This document shows positions 1 to 12,717 of a stretch of 64,000 nt of DNA, one piece after another. The notes beneath the pieces are model-generated. The model had not been told where the DNA came from, did not search any database, and saw nothing but the letters and a program-made list of their open reading frames with translations. The number at the start of each line of letters is the position of its first letter. Position 1 is the first letter of the stretch. Source of the stretch: Geosiphon pyriformis uo1. Its lineage: Eukaryota; Fungi; Glomeromycota. Where the stretch lies: NCBI GenBank assembly GCA_016748015.1, contig JAAOMT010000599.1, forward strand, positions 310,001-374,000, given 5' to 3'. Position numbers and translations under genes: made by a program.

Positions 1-770
1 TTTCTAAAATCCTTAAATCTTAAAAAGGAATTAAGAGGAAAAACTTTACAAATTTTTTTTTTTTGATAATTTAGCATAATAAAGCAAGTTTTTTTTGAAG
101 TCGTTTAAAAATTGATCACACCGAATTCATTGACCTAATTACCTCTACTCGTAATATGTAATATATAGGTAAAATAGAGATTATACTTTTTTTTTTAAGA
201 AATAATTGACTCGATTTTTGATATCCCAAGTTCAAATCTAAAAATATTAGAATTCTTTTCTGGTTAAATATATAAATATATTGATGGTTCATTGTTTTCA
301 TGCCCAGCTTCAAGTTTAAAAACAAATTTTCTTAGAATTCTAATTATTTTTCATTTCAATGATTCAATTCGTAAGCTTGCCTTTTTTCTCTTTAACGTGT
401 TGATCCGATGTTTTTAAAATTCTTTGGGATCGATCGATCGATCGCAAATGAGGTTAAAAACTTTTTAGTTTTTTTAGTTTTTTAGAACGTTTTTTCAATT
501 TAATCTTAATTATATATTTTCGATCGATTCTAATGACAAAGTTTTGATAAAACTTGAAAAAAAAAAAAAATTTTTTTCTCTTTTCCTATAGATTTTGTAT
601 TTTTAATAAAGAATCTTAAAAGATTATTTTAACGATTGAATGAATGAATGAATGAATGAATGATTGAATGAAAAGAAAATATTAAATTCAATAAATATAA
701 TTTTTTTACACTAATTCACATTTTTTCTTTAAATTTAAAAAAAAATTTATAGAATTAATTTAATATTCAA

Positions 771-825
<55 letters not shown>

Positions 826-1327
826 TTTTATTTTTTTTTTAAAAAAAAAATTGATATAAAATCTAAATAAATTTTAAAAAAATTCCATTTTTAACATGTA
901 TTTCTGCAAAATTGAATTAAAACCAAAAATTTTATGTTTTATGTTTTTATGTTTTAATGTTTTAATGTTTTAATGTATAATATTTATTCATTAAAATATA
1001 TATATATATATATATTTATTTATTTATTTAATGATTTACTAAAATTCTTTTAATACTTTTATTTTTTAATTAAATTAAAAATATATATATATTTATACTT
1101 TTTTATCAAACGATGATACAAATAATTATCTTTTTTAAAAAGTCCAAAAGTTCATTTTTATCAAAAAATACTTTCTCAATTCCTGAGTGAAAAAGATACC
1201 CTTAGAAAAAACTTTTTTTTATTTTTTTTTTCGTGGTAAAAAATGGGGGTTTTTTTTTCTAAATATTTGTCATTGTTTTTGCAATTATCATTATTTTTAT
1301 TTTTATTTTTTTGGTAAAAAACGTATT

Positions 1328-1359
<32 letters not shown>

Positions 1360-2156
1360 GAAAATAATAAATAGATTCAGTTCACTTTTTTGATGTGAAG
1401 AAACAAACCCACAGACCTATTGTTAAAAAATCTTTTTTTATTTTTTATTTTTTTCAATGAAATTACCAATTCAGTTTGGATTAAATTTACCAACCAACCA
1501 ACCAACCAACCAACCAACTAATCAATAAACCAGTATTCAAATTTTTTCTCAAGTGTCTTTTACATCGAAAGATTCTCGATTAATCATAAGTCGGGAAATC
1601 AACCTGTTATCATCGATACCAAATATTATTTTATTATTCCTACACGAGCAACTAAAAACACTGCTATAGGAAAAAAAAATCACATTCAAGAACAATCTAA
1701 CAACAATCTAGGAATTTCTAATTAAAAAAAGATCAAAAAATAATAATAATCAAATATTTTGTAAATAGACGAAAAACTCATTAAATCAAAATCCGAAAGT
1801 GACGAGATTTATTTTTTATTTTGATCGAACAAATAAACGCCTCAATCAATGACGAGCCCTTTTTATTAAGATCTAGAGTACCAAGAATTTATGTCCTACC
1901 CTCTTACTAATATTCCGCCTATTATTTACACACACGCACTCAAATTTTTCCCCCAAAAAAAGAAACCAAACTAAATCAAAAGAAAATTACTTTTGGTCCC
2001 TAAAATATTAATCCAAAAGTAAAAAAAGAAAAAAAGAAGAATTGTTTTTTTGTATGGTGAAATTGACATTAATTACAAAAAGATAAAATTGAGAAAAATA
2101 TGATTCAAATGTTTTTGATTTTTGATTAGAAGTCTTATGATGATAAAACCTAAAAT

Positions 2157-2744
2157 TTAATGATGTGATTGATGATATTTTCGATAATTCGTTGAACCGA
2201 ATGTGCCCATTAAAAAGAAATCCTCTTCATCCTCGCTGCTTTCATAATCATCGAGAAAATCCCAATCGTTATAATTAATTTCGTTACCGTTTGCGTCTTC
2301 TTCACAATAATCGTGTCTTTTAAATCGAATTACCGAAGAATATGTAGCCCTTCGCTCCATTCCTATTGAGTATTGTTCTTTTTCATGGAGATGAGAAGAC
2401 CTTGAAATATAAATTGGACTCGAATAATTGCTTGTTCTTGTCTCATAAGAGTCAGCAGGTGTCACTGGAAAGGAATTTTTGTATGAGCTTGAAAGAGAAG
2501 TAGAACTTGAATTATTGCTGGAACTGAGATAAGCTTCAAAGGACGGTGGCTTTCGTAAATGTTTGTGAGTTCGACTTTTGCCTCGTTTTTGTTTTTCTTG
2601 TTCCAGTTGATGAGCGAGAAAGATTGAATGAGTCGGTGAACATATTTCCATTGATTGTGTTTTTCTTCGAGAAACCCTTTTTAAAGCTGCTGAACCACTG
2701 TTGTTAACGGCTTTATTAATTGTTAATCCTTGTGTTCCTTTCAT
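2157..2744 (-). CDS. SPTHS/LRKPPSF-family low-complexity protein, paralog 1 (195 aa, single ORF); function unknown
   Basis: ATG-to-TAA ORF clearly GC-richer than its flanks. Contains ICSPTHSIF, HKHLRKPPSFEAYL, RRATYSSVIRF and an acidic tail (NDWDFL...EDEEDFFLM), collinear with four other ORFs in the window. Confidence 0.88.
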   Translation of the reverse strand: MKGTQGLTINKAVNNSGSAALKRVSRRKTQSMEICSPTHSIFLAHQLEQEKQKRGKSRTHKHLRKPPSFEAYLSSSNNSSSTSLSSSYKNSFPVTPADSYETRTSNYSSPIYISRSSHLHEKEQYSIGMERRATYSSVIRFKRHDYCEEDANGNEINYNDWDFLDDYESSEDEEDFFLMGTFGSTNYRKYHQSHH

Positions 2745-3818
2745 TTCGTTGAAAAATCAGTGGTGAAAAAAAGTTTGTAATAAAATTTTTTTTCAAATGG
2801 TAGTAGTAGTAATAATAATAATAATAATAATAATAATGATATTAATAATGATATTAATAATGATATTAATAATAGTAGTAATTAAGTATTCGTTAATGAA
2901 AATAAAATCTTTAACAACAACAATAACAACGGAAAATTTTTCGGAATAGGGATTATAAAATAAAATAAAAAAGAATTACGTTTCTTTAGGATTTAATCAT
3001 GCTAAGGGAGTAGACCCTTTTTATAATCAATTTCTCTCGTTTGACTTTATAACCTGTTTTAGATCGAAATCCCCGCCGTCGCTTCTTTGTCAACAAACAG
3101 CGTTTTACCGGGGTGATCTTGATTAAATAGATGGTTCTAGTGGCAAACAGGAAATAAACTTTTTGTAGCCACCACTTTATAAACCAGTTTAACAAACGTT
3201 AATAAATTATGATTCCACCAGTTCACCCGATGTTTTGCCTTTTAGTAAGGATTATCAGTTTGACTTTTGAATTTAAACTGCCTTTTTTTTCAGATCTTCA
3301 CTTTCTTCGAAATATCAGTATTAATGATATTATGATTACTTTTTCTATATCAGACAGTCAAAAATAAATAATGTTTTTTTCTGATAGTAAACCAAAAAGT
3401 ATTCATACCTTATCGGGTTTAACCAAGTGTTTAGTTTTAATCAGAAATTTCAAATTGAAATTGATAATTTTCTTGATAAATCACATGTTTAGGGAATTTC
3501 CCATATAATTTTATTGATTTTGTTTTTCTTTTCCCAGATGAATGAAATAAGGGAAAGAGGTTTGAAAATCCTTTTGGTTTGATTTAATTGCATTGAAAAA
3601 AATGAAAAATAGTTGGAACCTTCTAATTTTTTTGTTGACACTCGTAAAGAAACATGTTTTGAAAATGGAATGTTGTGCAATTTTTTCTGATTTCACTCTA
3701 TTTTTCAAGATTCTCTGACTACTCGTTAAAGGAGAAACTGAAACTGAAACTGAAAAAGTAGCCGAATTAATTGTTTACCATTTTAGTATGGCATTTTCGA
3801 GCCTCAACAAATAACTTT

Positions 3819-3884
3819 GATGATGATGATAATGATTATGATGATAATGATTATGATGATGATGATGATTATGATGATGATGAT
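3819..3884. repeat. (GAT/TAT/AAT)n trinucleotide microsatellite
   Basis: Directly visible; explains the spurious M/I-rich ORF 3817-4002. Confidence 0.9.
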
Positions 3885-4723
3885 GCTATTATTAAAATTT
3901 CCGGCATCTCTATTTTTTCATAAAACTTTGTGTATGGTGAAAAATACATCGAATGAACAAAAGAAACAAATTTTTGTATCAATTGGTAGTAGCATGACCT
4001 AAAAAGTAGGTTTGTTTGAATTAGTAAAAATTTATATAGTTAAAGATGAATTTAATAAATTTTGGGATAACTTTAAAAGGAAAGGAAATGGAAATGGAAA
4101 TGGAAAAGGAAATGGAAATGAAAAGCATCAGTTTTTTTTTTTTTGGTAATTTATAGTTAGTATATTTAAATAGAGTACTAAAAAAACTAATGATGAGCCA
4201 CTAATCAACTCACACCCACCATTTACTTGTGAATGAGTGGACTCAATTTTTATTTGGCAAAAGCCTGTTTAGAAAATATGGCTCTTTTTAGGAATAAGAT
4301 TTTTTTTGGGCTCATTTAAATTAATTGATACGGCAGATAGCAATGGAATATCAACTAAGCTTTTTTCTTGTGTGGTGTTATTTCTAAATGGGTTTTTTTT
4401 ATGTTTCCTAATAAATTTTATAATTCAGTTTTATATCATTAATATTCATATTTTTTTTTATTGAGAAAAGGCTGTTCAAAGAAATATTATGATATTCAAT
4501 AATTGATTATCAGTGATAGATGAGGATATTGATAAGAAAATAAATAAAATGAATCAACCATAAAAAAAAAACAAAAAACAAGGAGTTTCTGAGTCACGCC
4601 ATTATATGAGGTAGAATCTATAATCTTGTTTGAACATCTGTCATCAGCTGACTCATAGTCAATAATAGCGCTATATTCAAATAATCAAAGAGAAATGAAA
4701 GTTTTATTTAGTTTTACCCTTTA

Positions 4724-4775
<52 letters not shown>

Positions 4776-4814
4776 TATTAAAAAGTTTAAAAAGTTTGAT
4801 GTTGCAGGTGTTCA

Positions 4815-4970
4815 CCGCGATCCATAAATTCACGCGATTTTTAATTTGATTTTTGACGAATCGCGAATTCAAAGTTTATTGACCTCCTGCAGCTTCAAAA
4901 CGCCTTCGCTCGAAGGGCTTGAGGTCAGGTCATTTTTCATACGCACTGACTGTACAACGCTGATCGATAA
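4815..4970. promoter_or_regulatory. CpG-dense patch with three CGCG cores and a possible stem-loop; candidate regulatory element
   Basis: ccgcga, cacgcga and atcgcgaa lie within about 55 bp, followed by GACCTC...GCCTTCG-ct-CGAAGGGC..GAGGTC, in an otherwise CpG-poor background about 2.1 kb upstream of paralog 1. Confidence 0.3.
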
Positions 4971-5662
4971 TTTGAACTAACTTTCTTTTGGAAACTCTGG
5001 GTTTGTATAGGGTTTTGTTTGTTTTTTATTAGGTGATAATGGGGGGTCTATTGACCGATTTTTTTATTCTTGAATTTCTGTATGTTTACTTGAAATCGAA
5101 TTTGGAAACGTTGGAAGCTCATCAATTAAGTTGAATCTAAAGATCATCGTTAAAATCGATTGAAAATCCAGCTAAATCAAAAACTTTTGATTTCAATAAC
5201 TTGATGATTTATGAATTTTTATTGCTTTTTGACAAGATTTTTGGAAATTCAATATAAATTTACAAAAGCTCCAATTCTAGGAATTTTTTCTTTTTAATAT
5301 TTTTTCCTTCTCATCTTAGAAATGAAATATTCAAACGACAAAGTAATTTTTTTAATTTATGAATCTATATATAAGATATAAATGAATGTAACTCATAATC
5401 AAAATTTCTACAAAAAAACCTTCACCAGATGCAGATTAATTAAATTTTCCATATAAATTGAAAATTAATCTTCAGGAACGTTTATCAATAAATTTGATTC
5501 TCTCATCAAACAATCTTTCTTATAATTTAACCAATACATGCCGAACCCTAAATTCATGTGCGCGCACGAGTTTAATTTATTAAGCTGGTTTTTGATTTTC
5601 TTTGATGAGTATCTGTAATCCGTAATTTGAAAAAATGGTGTTAATAATGTAGATTTTTGTTA

Positions 5663-5784
5663 TGTTGTTATTGTTGTTATTGTTGTTGTTGCTGTTGTTG
5701 TTGTTGTTGTTGCTGTTGTTGTTGCTTTTGTTGTTGCTTTTGTTGTTGTTGTTGTTATTGTTGTTGTTGTTGTTGTTATTATTA
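5663..5784. repeat. (GTT)n-type microsatellite
   Basis: Directly visible; gives rise to the poly-N and poly-T ORFs 5580-5843 and 5660-5905. Confidence 0.9.
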
Positions 5785-7427
5785 TAAAAATTTCTGTTGC
5801 CGTTAAAAAAATCGAAATTGACAACCATTTCAAGATGTTCCAAATATTGTCTGTGTGGCTCTTGTATATAACAGACTTAAATAAATCAAAAGTACTCATA
5901 TACAAAGAATTGTTTTTTCATTGACTTCATGCCTATTTCACCTCTCATGAACTTTATTATTATTATTATTATTATTATTATTTATTTATTTTTTCGTTGA
6001 AAGAAATCTAGAATTTTTGAATTTGTGTTTTTAGGAATTGAAACTAAATCTTGACTAAATAGAATTTGTAGGTTGTGATGATCAAAATATTTTTAAATTA
6101 TTAAACTATTGATTTTTTGGTGAAATCATTAAATCCCCATTTGTGATTTTATACTACAAATTTTGAACTCTTAATAATCACTCGATGACAATCACCTAAA
6201 ATCGCAAAAAGGATGCTCCGAAAATGTGTGTGTTTGAGATATTCAGTAAATAGATTAAGGCTTCTCCTGGTGAAGATCAAAAGTTTCACCAATTAACTTT
6301 GTGTTACTTAATTCAGAAAACTCAAGAATAATCTATTTGAATTCGACATGAATTGCATAAGAATATTTAAGTTGGTTTGAATGAATGAATGAATATATAT
6401 ATTAATAATAATTTTTCTTGAATTTTTGTGGCACAGCGGAATTTTATAAAGATCGTCCGAAAACAATCTAAATACCCATATATATTAAAGCACTTTCAAT
6501 TCGAAAAACGAAGGTTTTCTGATCCCCGTCAGACATCACAACCCGTTTTACAAGGCAAAGTTACTTTTAAAATCCCAAGAAGTATCAAAGGTATAAATAG
6601 GAGCTTGCATTAAAGGTTCAAAAAATAAAAAATAATAATATGTCAATAAAAAAAAATTTTTTTTATTGACATATGCTTCTTGCAACATGAACAAGTTTAT
6701 TCCATTATAAAAACAGATTTCAAAAAGCAGTGTCATTGGATAACTCTTATTTTTCTCAACTTTTATTTTGATTGGATAACTTGATAGGCTTAGTTGTATA
6801 CAATTAATTGTCTTTGTATGTTGGACGAAAATTAAAATCAAATATTTTGACAGTTTTTGTAACGAACTGGAGACTTAAAAACTTGTTTAACCAAATTCAG
6901 AATAGAGTTAGTTTAAGCATGCATGCATCCATGCATACGTACATGGGGAGAATGAATACAAACTTTTTGGCTAAAACAATGACAAATAAAGTGTGGGGGA
7001 TTTATTTTTGTATCACAAAAAAATTTTTTTATTTTTTTAACTTGTGATCACTGAGTTCAAAGTTACGGCGTTCGAAAGTATATCATTACTAAGTAAAGTT
7101 AGATTATTTTGTGTTTCAACCATTTACATGATACTAACGAGAATTTTTTCAAAAAAGTTCAAGTTCACTAGAAGATGACAAAAAAATAGTTGGGAAAAAT
7201 GTTCCAGAAACGGAAATACAAAATCCCCTCTACTCTTTCGTAAACCCTGGTCTATGATATCATAAAATAAATGAGAATACAACAAGCTTGCCAGTAAGTA
7301 TATGACTCGCGGAGCCCATTATCTAATATTAAAAACCTGTTTAATAGTATTTAAACATCATCCTTAATAAATTGGAATCTTGATGTGAGACAGATAAATT
7401 TCAAGGCTTCGAATTTCAAGGCTTCTA

Positions 7428-7468
<41 letters not shown>

Positions 7469-8282
7469 GCACATCACATTTGATATTTCACTTTTTCGGA
7501 GTCATGAGTAACATGTTAACATCTGAAAATTCTCCTTAAAAGCTTCGCCACTATTTTCAAGTCTATTTTTAGTCCACTGCTAAACAATATTCTTTTGTGA
7601 AAGAGGAATAAGATAAGAAGTAATATATATTTGGATGAGTGAACTTTTTTGAACGGTTGAACTGAATTCAATTAGGAAAGAATGCAGGATTTTGACCCGT
7701 GTGAGGATATGAGGCTTTTATATTTAAGTGGCTAATTTTCCTTACTCCTTATCAAATATGGATCACGTTAAATCTTGATTTTTTGATCTTCAAAAAAATT
7801 TTAATTGGTTAAATCTCGATATTTTCCCTAGTTAGGTTCAAAGGAAATGGCTTGGTTTCTCATTATTATAATCTAATGTTCTTTTATTCTAAACATCATG
7901 CAAAGTGAATTTCTAATCCCATTTGAAGCTGGCTTAGTGTTTTTTTCATGCACATCCAATTTTGAAAAAGATTAAATTCTAAAAAAATTTCAAAAGCTTC
8001 CTAGTTTTCTGAGAAATTAATTGTTTCATTTCGTAGTTTATGATAATTTCCCGGTTGGCTAAGCTAATTTTCCTAAAACACATGAAAAGCATTTTGCTTT
8101 CACGCCTAATCATAATTGATAAATCATTAATTAAAAATCATGTGATTTGGAATTTTTAGTATAGGCAATTGCTTAAATAAGTTAAAACTGTCAAACTGTC
8201 AAAACTTGAAACTTTTCAGTTGTAGTAGTGGCCTATTTGCATGTTCTATGGGATTCAGATTTGAAGTCTTAAGTGTCAGCTT

Positions 8283-8600
8283 ATAGATATATACATAGAT
8301 ATAAATATAGATATAGATATAGATATAGATATAGATATAGATATAGATATAGATATAGATATAGATATAGATATAGATATAGATATAGATATAGATATAG
8401 ATATAGATATAGATATAGATATAGATATAGATATAGATATAGATATAGATATAGATATAGATATAGATATATATATAGATATAGATATAGATATAGATAT
8501 AGATATAGATATAGATATAGATATAAACATAAATATAGATATATATATAGATATAGATATAGATATAAACATAAATATAGATATATATATAGATATATAT
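8283..8600. repeat. (ATATAG)n hexanucleotide microsatellite, about 0.3 kb
   Basis: Near-perfect tandem ATATAG units with a few variants; explains the (RY)n and (IS)n ORFs. Confidence 0.97.
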
Positions 8601-10307
8601 AATTTTTTATTGTTTGACTTTTATAACAAGAATTTCAAGAGGGATTTTTTAATATTTTAGAACCTACCAAAATTAATTTAAACTTTTTAATCTTTTTTGT
8701 TGTCGAAAAAATATTTAGCAATTGTATCGTTTCAATTCCTTGAAACCATTTTCGTTTTCAATCTAAAAAATAAAAATAAAAAATAAAAATAAAAATAAAA
8801 ATAAAAAATAAAATAAAAATGAATCTATAATCTCTTCAAGATTAACTCTATTATTTTGATTCTTTTGAACGAGTTATTTAAAAATATATCTATTAAAATA
8901 GGAACAAGTTATTTAAAAGTATATTTATTAAAATAGGAACAATTTGAATTTTTCTCGTCCATTTTTTAACTTGAAACATGAAAAAAATATCAAAAGGTTT
9001 CGGATCAAAACATTATTCTCAATGAACCAAATAAATTTTTAGTAAAGAAAGTGAGAATAGAATGATAAGAAAATTCTTCTTTCGAGGTTTATCTTTTTGT
9101 GTACTATTCTAAACTTTGCCTTTCGCCAAAAATTGTGATCACAAAAGATTCACAACCTGCTTGAATATTTTTTAACGAGAAAACCAAATACCAATCATTC
9201 GAAAACAAAAAAAATACAAAAAAAAAAAACAATAATCAAAAATAAACGATTGTTTCATGTTAAATTAATATTTCTTTGAAAAAAAAATTTTAATTGGTAA
9301 ATTAGGTGAATCAATTTAAAACTCAAATAGTCATTCTCAGGTCAAAGTTAGATAATAATCTAGAAATATTTTTGATCTGCTTTTAACTAATGTGATATCT
9401 TTTTTCTGTTTGTTAAATTTTCTTTTTCGAATAATACCTAAAATGTGATATTATGAAAATCTTCTTAAAAAATACCTAGTACCTATTATAATTATTTTAA
9501 AAGTGATCCCACAGGGAGAATGCTCGCATTAATAATCTCTTTATGTTCCCATTTTGTAACATACTACCATTAAAGAAAAATCTTGTGTAACTTAGTATTA
9601 GCAATTGCCGATCTGATTGAAAACCTTAATTTTCCCTCCATATATATATATATATATAAAAATATAAATAAAAAAGACAATTTTAAATTTCTCACGCAAC
9701 TCTATGGTGAAACTTAAGCAACTGGTTGTGCATGATGTAGAAAAACGTAATGTATAGATGCTTGTAATGTATGACAAGGGAAATGACATTTGGCAACGTT
9801 TTTTTTTTTTTTTTTTTTTTTTTTGAGGTTCGGCTATTTCAATCGAAATTATTCCATATATGATGACTTTGGAAATGGTCAAACGAGTTTTCATATTAGA
9901 TTTACCCAATTTATAGACAACAAAAATGTCTGGTATATTGTTGTTGACTATTAATTTGCGCAAAAACCCTTCTGATTAATAAGACACACAAAGTACACTA
10001 AATAATGATCAAAGACAAAGGTCAAAGAAAAATGGATTGTTCATGAAAAAAACTTGTCCAGACATACACTGTCAGAAGTTCAAAGTTTTTTTTTAATAAC
10101 GGATAAAATGAATCGATGGTTCAATGAGTCAAGTGATCATTTGTTCCATAATTTGTATTATTGGCCAGACTTTCATTTAATATGCACTTTATAACTGGTA
10201 GATAATGTAAGAAACAAATAAACAAGGAGTGGCCAGCAAAAAGACAAAGGAGGCTTGCAAAACCTAATTATTCGGAGGAGAGTAAGATGATAAAGTTTTA
10301 AAGAGCA

Positions 10308-10341
10308 ATTATTATCATTATTATTATTATTATTATTATTA

Positions 10342-10376
<35 letters not shown>

Positions 10377-10435
10377 GTTATTATTATTATTATTATCATT
10401 ATTATTATTATTATTATTATCTTCTTCTTCTTCAC

Positions 10436-10483
<48 letters not shown>
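10308..10483. repeat. Compound (ATT)n(CTT)n(CAT)n microsatellite
   Basis: Directly visible. Confidence 0.93.
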
Positions 10484-10742
10484 GATAATAAATCTTGCCA
10501 TTATGGAAAATTTTTGATTTATTGATAATTATAGATACAAGTTTCGGCCGAAAAAATTGATTTTAGGAAATTTCAAAGCGCGAAAACTAAAAAAAAATAA
10601 AGAATTTTGGTACAAATTGAATCGTGGGGACATTTTGATGCACGTAAACACTAAGGGTTTAATCAATTTTCTCGCCTGCAGAAAAAATATGATGAGGTTA
10701 GAAGATTTGTAAGATTTCTACGTGAGTTGTGGTGAGATGTAA

Positions 10743-10795
<53 letters not shown>

Positions 10796-11440
10796 CATTA
10801 GTAGTATATCGAGCGGTGAGAACCTAAGGTTTGGGTCGCAAAGAAAAAAAAACTCGAAATAATGTTTTTTTAGTCAAATAAAAGGAATTGGTAACAAAAA
10901 GTGCCGATTTTAAGTGATTTTTAAAGCTTTTAAACATTTATATTTACAAATTTGAAGAAACTTTGGATTTTTCTCACTGGTTTTTTTTTTTTGGATAAAT
11001 TGATTGATAAACCTAATCTTTTTTATCACCATCATCCCTGACTCTTTCTTCAACTTTGCTTACGTAAAATGGGAATGATCAAAATTTAAATATATATTGA
11101 CTTATTTGGCAGTTTTTTTTGGGGTGCGGGGTGGGAAATTAAACAAATACAAGTATCGGAACTCAATTTTATCGCTGATATCTTGTAGATCTTTCAAGTT
11201 TTTACGAGAAATTTCCAAGGACGAAAAAATAACAAAAAGAAGATAAAACTTTATGGAAAATTTCACGCAGAGGTATTAATTTCCATGAATTTTTAACACG
11301 AACGTAATCGCATAATAAATAATGATTTTTAAGGTTTGGAAACGTCAAGAAACATTTTTGATTATGACACCACCATTTAACAATTCTTGAATGTGATTGA
11401 TTTTTAAATTCCTTCTATTAGCCATTATAACGTGTGAATG

Positions 11441-11542
11441 AGTGTGAGTGAGTGAGTGAGTGAGTGAGTGAGTGAGTGAGTGAGTGAGTGAGTGAGTGAG
11501 TGAGTGAGTGAGAGAGAGAGAGAGAGTGTGTGTGTGTGTGTG
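11441..11542. repeat. Compound (GAGT)n(GA)n(GT)n microsatellite
   Basis: Directly visible. Confidence 0.93.
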
Positions 11543-11821
11543 TTTAGGATTTCATGAGAAATGGAGAAAAAAAAATTTGACGGGTACAATTATTATCTCG
11601 GAAAATTTCTTAGTTCACAACTGTAATTAACAATAAAAAAGTTACACCATACGCACCATAAAAAAATGATTCAAAAAAGTTCTTAAATAATCGATAATGA
11701 TCAATTTTTTAAATGAGACTAGACTAAAAAGTTTTAATCGAAACGTGATAATTGACAATTATTTCATTTTAGTTTGGAACAATTAAAAAAAAAAAAAAAA
11801 AAGGAAAAAAAGCAAAAAAAT

Positions 11822-11841
11822 NNNNNNNNNNNNNNNNNNNN
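11822..11841. other. Assembly gap (20 N) flanked by poly-A
   Basis: Run of 20 n between A-rich tracts; true length unknown. Confidence 0.99.
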
Positions 11842-12675
11842 AAAAAAAAAAAAAAAAAAAAAAAAAACCTCATTGTTGCATTACACCAATTTTCAAAAAA
11901 TCTTTAAAATATCTAATATGGTAAGATTAGTCTCACGTATCGTGACAAAATCTTTTGACATTTTTTTTTTTTGGTGGAAACAAGTGACTTTAAAAAATGA
12001 CGAATCGTTTCATTTAAAAAGATGTACACACAACTTTGACAATATGTAAATATTTATCATTTACATTTTATAACATTAATTAACAATAAAAAGAAAAAAC
12101 TTGATTTTTTATTAATGCACAAATTTTAAATTTTTTTTGTTTAGAATTTTTAAAAAATGAATTTTTTTTTATGAATTTTTTTCTATTAAAGTTTTTTGCT
12201 ATTTTGTCTATGAATTCAGAATGAAATTTTCTATTTCAATAAAAAAAACTTGATTAAATATATGTATATTAATTCTGTATTATAAATCTTTTTTATTTCA
12301 AAAAATAAAATAATTTTTACATTTATAATAATAAATTAAATTATACATTTTTTTCTTCTTTTTAAAAATAAAAATATTATTTTAATTTAAAATATTTTAA
12401 TTTTTTAGTTTTTTAGTTTTTTAGTTTTTATCGAATCTATATTAAAATTTTAGTCCAATAATTGAAAGTTTTAAAATAAAAAAAAATATTTGTTAATATC
12501 TAAAACATATCTATTACATTAAAACATGATTAGAATTAAAATTTATTGTTAAAAACTTTAAAAAATTGGGAAAACTCTGATGATATTAATAAAAACTATT
12601 AGCGTTGAAGTTAATGTAGATAAATTTTCAACAATGAACTGAAAATTCTTAAGAATAATATATATATATAACAAA

Positions 12676-12717
<42 letters not shown>

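Noticed and set aside
5580-5905. Poly-N / poly-T ORFs as a possible sixth paralog
   Set aside because: Non-ATG starts, microsatellite-derived, and none of the family motifs.
8273-8602. (RY)n and (IS)n ORFs on both strands
   Set aside because: Translation artefacts of the (ATATAG)n microsatellite.
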